Origin: Yuukianura sp. NJ FZ-2021
Taxonomy: Eukaryota
Direction: 5' to 3'
Assembly: GCA_046563655.1 (NCBI GenBank)
Contig: CM102290.1
Location: 10,230,001-10,294,000, forward strand
DNA: 64,000 bases
Below are positions 62,201-64,000 of the stretch, piece by piece (position 1 is the stretch's first letter; every line of letters starts with the position of its first letter). A program made the translations under genes and the position numbers. The notes below the pieces were generated by a model. It did not search any database. It was not told the DNA's origin and was given only the letters and a program-made list of their open reading frames with translations.

Positions 62201-62468
62201 TGAATGTCAACCGTTTCATATACGTGTTCGTAAACTTCTCTGACTGCATTGAAAAAATCACTCTGCAGTACTTTCTGTAGGGCCGATAACTTAGTAGCAG
62301 GAACTTCGCCGCTCTTCTGTAAAATATCTAGTAGCTCCACAGCCCTTTTCACATCTAAAACATAAAACAGTAACATAAACAACGTTCAACAGTTTTCCAG
62401 CATGTTTACTAAAGCTTGCCCCGCCCATTTTCCCATAACCTACCTTTCGCTAGTGATAACTGTTCCAT
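56287..62468 (-). CDS. Lin-7: Lin-7/Veli (L27 + PDZ scaffold), 3 exons: 62468-62444, 62354-61954, 56445-56287; intron 2 contains the virus-like insertion
   Basis: The spliced product reads [17 protein letters not shown]...[111 protein letters not shown]... with canonical GT-AG junctions. Confidence 0.96.
56511..56662. repeat. Subterminal direct repeat with an 85-bp period inside the TIR (mirrored at ~61726-61877)
   Basis: CCTCATTTATTTTTAGCTCAGCCGCGGGGGCTAGTCGGGCGCAATATTGGGGAGGG occurs at 56511 and 56596. Confidence 0.9.
57193..57287. repeat. 14-bp tandem repeat (CCAGCCCTTGGAC[G/A]) x6 inside the TIR (mirrored at ~61102-61196)
   Basis: Directly visible, with G and A variants and one copy carrying an extra C. 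Confidence 0.95.
57328..57545. repeat. 21-bp tandem array A (TATAATACAATGGCCTCTCTG) x~9-10 inside the TIR (mirrored at ~60844-61061)
   Basis: Direct reading. It produces the repetitive pseudo-ORFs LYREAIV / LYNTMAS in the ORF track. Confidence 0.95.
57721..57871. repeat. 21-bp tandem array B (TACCATGGTCACGTTGTATAA) x6 plus degenerate copies inside the TIR (mirrored at ~60518-60668)
   Basis: Direct reading. It shares the TATAATAC(A/C)ATGG core with array A. Confidence 0.95.
57945..58008 (+). promoter_or_regulatory. RNA polymerase II core promoter (TATA + Inr + DPE) at the inner end of the left TIR, driving ORF1
   Basis: TATAAATA at 57945-57952, Inr TCAGTT at 57975-57980 (A+1 = 57977) and AGACG at +28 to +32 (58004-58008), matching the DPE consensus RGWYV. 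The first ATG is at 58047. Confidence 0.75.
58047..59444 (+). CDS. Element ORF1, 465 aa, intronless; putative Maverick/Polinton-type structural or core protein with a long acidic tract and a C-terminal QHGG-hydrophobic segment
   Basis: Long open frame from ATG 58047. It has an E/D-rich tract (~58944-59084), QTGG at 59091-59102 and the C-terminus GNIPI...LR..R.KIKRVA...[30 protein letters not shown] follows at 59493. The function is inferred from motif resemblance only. Confidence 0.7.
   Translation: MAQKYILVHQDDYNSLLDQLETYESQQNSPCKSYFGEKQIHDGFLLDTKPVQYLQQHTMNMSQSRGPMELHERNSRDSGNNIPIELQNHMMQTELRQNWENQRKQREGYVNVNVVNDRRLNDMATSHFTGWDGGPEKSARKTEDRYDRITTWSENPTNGWSNTVVKPNDALEMPFSKRFKKESQIAKDETPTAAPTTPPFTLDQFSAVGKQLAQFFVANGATFANNSVSLGDANIPRSEFEEGIRKLADGRYKLTRQMIPVIVDFMIQTGIPKYLLPISHRGLLGRDEPEKLSRNRPHVESDVENEEEEDDEEDEGDEEGEEEVEEELEEEEENEEDERDEEGEEEYRQTGGAKPSPGPIRHYQFLHQMNQHSPIVRETLLSTASPGQILGLHKCVQDVFQGNIPIEATVKNILRPHRYKIKRVAEAKGSIEDKKKLLIQHGGFLPALLAAALPILGEFLTSVIS
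59445..59541. terminator. Compact bidirectional polyadenylation region between the two convergent element genes
   Basis: AATAAA on + at 59493-59498 (for ORF1) and AATAAA on - at 59538-59533, just after the ATPase stop codon. Confidence 0.6.
59542..60356 (-). CDS. Maverick/Polinton-type DNA-packaging ATPase (A32/FtsK-HerA superfamily) with an N-terminal C2H2 finger; reading frame broken by one missing base at ~59803-59807
   Basis: [15 protein letters not shown] (Walker A), VVVLDDLM (Walker B) and [20 protein letters not shown], then in the next frame [16 protein letters not shown]...AY......YGYLFIDL.......RIR.NIF. Restoring one base gives an ~271-aa protein. Confidence 0.88.
60373..61902 (-). 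repeat. Right terminal inverted repeat (1,530 bp)
   Basis: Reverse complement of 56486-58016. Confidence 0.97.
60381..60444 (-). promoter_or_regulatory. Mirror-image core promoter (TATA + Inr + DPE) at the inner end of the right TIR, driving the ATPase gene
   Basis: On the minus strand: TATAAATA at 60444-60437, TCAGTT at 60414-60409 and AGACG at 60385-60381. The ATPase ATG is at 60356. Confidence 0.75.
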
Positions 62469-63244
62469 TCTTCGTCAACTGTAAGTGTGCCAGGCAGGTA
62501 TAGTAGATGACTCCTTAGTACCTACTAATCACGATTAAAATGACCTCCGGAGGTCACCAGAAACTGACTAAACAAGGACAGGAATAATGAATTTGTGAAG
62601 TTGGAGTTTGAGCTGAATGACAAATGACAGAAGTGAGAAGTTGAATTAGGTTTCCTCCCTCCACTCAACTCACCAGACCTGTTTGTCTTCTCATACAGAA
62701 ACGTTTAAACCAAATCACGGAGTTGATTTGTCAACTTAATTCGTGGCAATTCAATTGTCAATTATTTCCTTAATCCGATGGCATCGTTTTTTTATTTCGA
62801 TGTTAATTGTCATTCCTAAATATGGGCCAACTCCTCAACTCCGGTCCATAATCCCCTATCCATTGAAAACAACGTTCGGATTTCTCTCAAAGATGATTGA
62901 AAGATTGAATCTAAAACCTAACCAAACAAAGTCGAAAAGAAAAACTTGCCATCTTATTATTAATGCCATTATCGACTGTAGTCGACAGCATTACAACATT
63001 CATCAAAAGATTATGCAAAGTGGACGAGGTCAGAGGTGAGGTCACGCTCACACGATGTTGAGGTCACAGAGAGTGGAACCCTTTCTCAAAGTAAACAAAC
63101 CAAGCAAGCCCGCGAAGTCGTTTAAAAAGGCAAATGTGTGTTGGACGCCGCAAATATGTGGGTGCGAATCCAGAGTTCGCTAGTGAAAAGGGGGTGACAA
63201 TTCACCAGATACTTGTTTCTAGATCCGGTAAATACCAGGCCAGG

Positions 63245-63760
63245 TCTAAAAGGCTGAAATTTTGGAGGCAAGTTGAGACGTGTTAAGGGCATGGGAAAAA
63301 GGCTGAAATGGGGTACCTTGTGACACACAGACAGCATGGCTAAAAGGCTGAAATTTTTCGATCGAGAAAAGGCTGAAATGGGGCAGAGTGAGATTCCTTG
63401 GAAAGTTAAGCACCATGACGGAGAAAGTTCAATAAATCAGAAATTGAGTGGGGCAACGTGAGATTCCTTTACGAAAACTAAGATAATTCATGGAGAAAGT
63501 TCAATAAATCAGAAATTGAGTGGGGCAACGTGAGATTCATGTAGAAAACTTAGATAATTCATGGAGAAAGTTCAATAAATCAGAAATTGAGTGGGGCAAC
63601 GTGAGATTCGTGTAGAAAACTAAGAAACTTCGTTCGCATTGTTCAAATTACTAACAAATTGCATGTGGTAGTGTGAGATTGCCTTGGAAAAGTAGGAAAC
63701 TTGTTTCACACATTGTCCAACAAAGTAATAAATGTCTTGGGGCATGGCGAGATTCTCTTC
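63245..63760. repeat. Repeat cluster upstream of Lin-7: 71-72-bp tandem unit x3 with degenerate flanking copies, plus AAAAGGCTGAAAT x4
   Basis: GAGAAAGTTCAATAAATCAGAAATTGAGTGGGGCAACGTGAGATTC occurs at 63421, 63493 and 63564. AAAAGGCTGAAAT occurs near 63248, 63297, 63342 and 63367. It may be a transposon remnant. Confidence 0.8.
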
Positions 63761-64000
63761 TTAAGGTACATTGTTCCCAGAAGAAAACAAAACCACTACA
63801 GTTTCTGACTGCAGTCGTCATCAGTACCCTGCATCACGGTAGACCGTAGTGCAATGGTCCCGTTGTATACTATGCATCAGAGTTGGTGACCAGTGACTAA
63901 CTTAATCTTTTTAACGTGACAAAATTTTGAAAAATTCACTGTTACACTTACTTTTCGAGGAAAAGGAATTTTGAAAAATTCAGCTGAAATTCAACTTTTG

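Overview
Gene-dense eukaryotic DNA with short GT-AG introns, probably from an arthropod (the taxon is inferred from gene content and intron style). Host genes in order: 3' part of a trr/KMT2C-D H3K4 methyltransferase (+), a 318-bp palindromic satellite array, an FCHO/SGIP1-type mu-homology-domain gene (-), an SLC4A11-like transporter (+), LDAH (-), a PAN/Apple-ZP matrix protein similar to NompA (+), a cytochrome b561-domain protein (+), a UBE2D-like E2 (+), a Mos-like kinase (+), LSm5 (-), a C2H2 zinc-finger gene (-) and Lin-7/Veli (-). The main finding is a 5,417-bp virus-like insertion (56486-61902) inside an ~86-bp intron of Lin-7. It has ~1.53-kb near-identical terminal inverted repeats (TIRs), AGT...ACT ends and a TAAGT target-site duplication. 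It carries only two convergent, intronless genes: a Maverick/Polinton-type packaging ATPase (with an N-terminal C2H2 finger and a one-base frameshift) and an acidic protein with QxGG motifs. It has no polymerase, integrase, protease or capsid gene. The inner end of each TIR is a complete TATA+Inr+DPE promoter firing into one of the two genes. The element looks like a minimal satellite or genome segment of a Maverick/Polinton-like virus. All family assignments come from motif recognition, not database searches.
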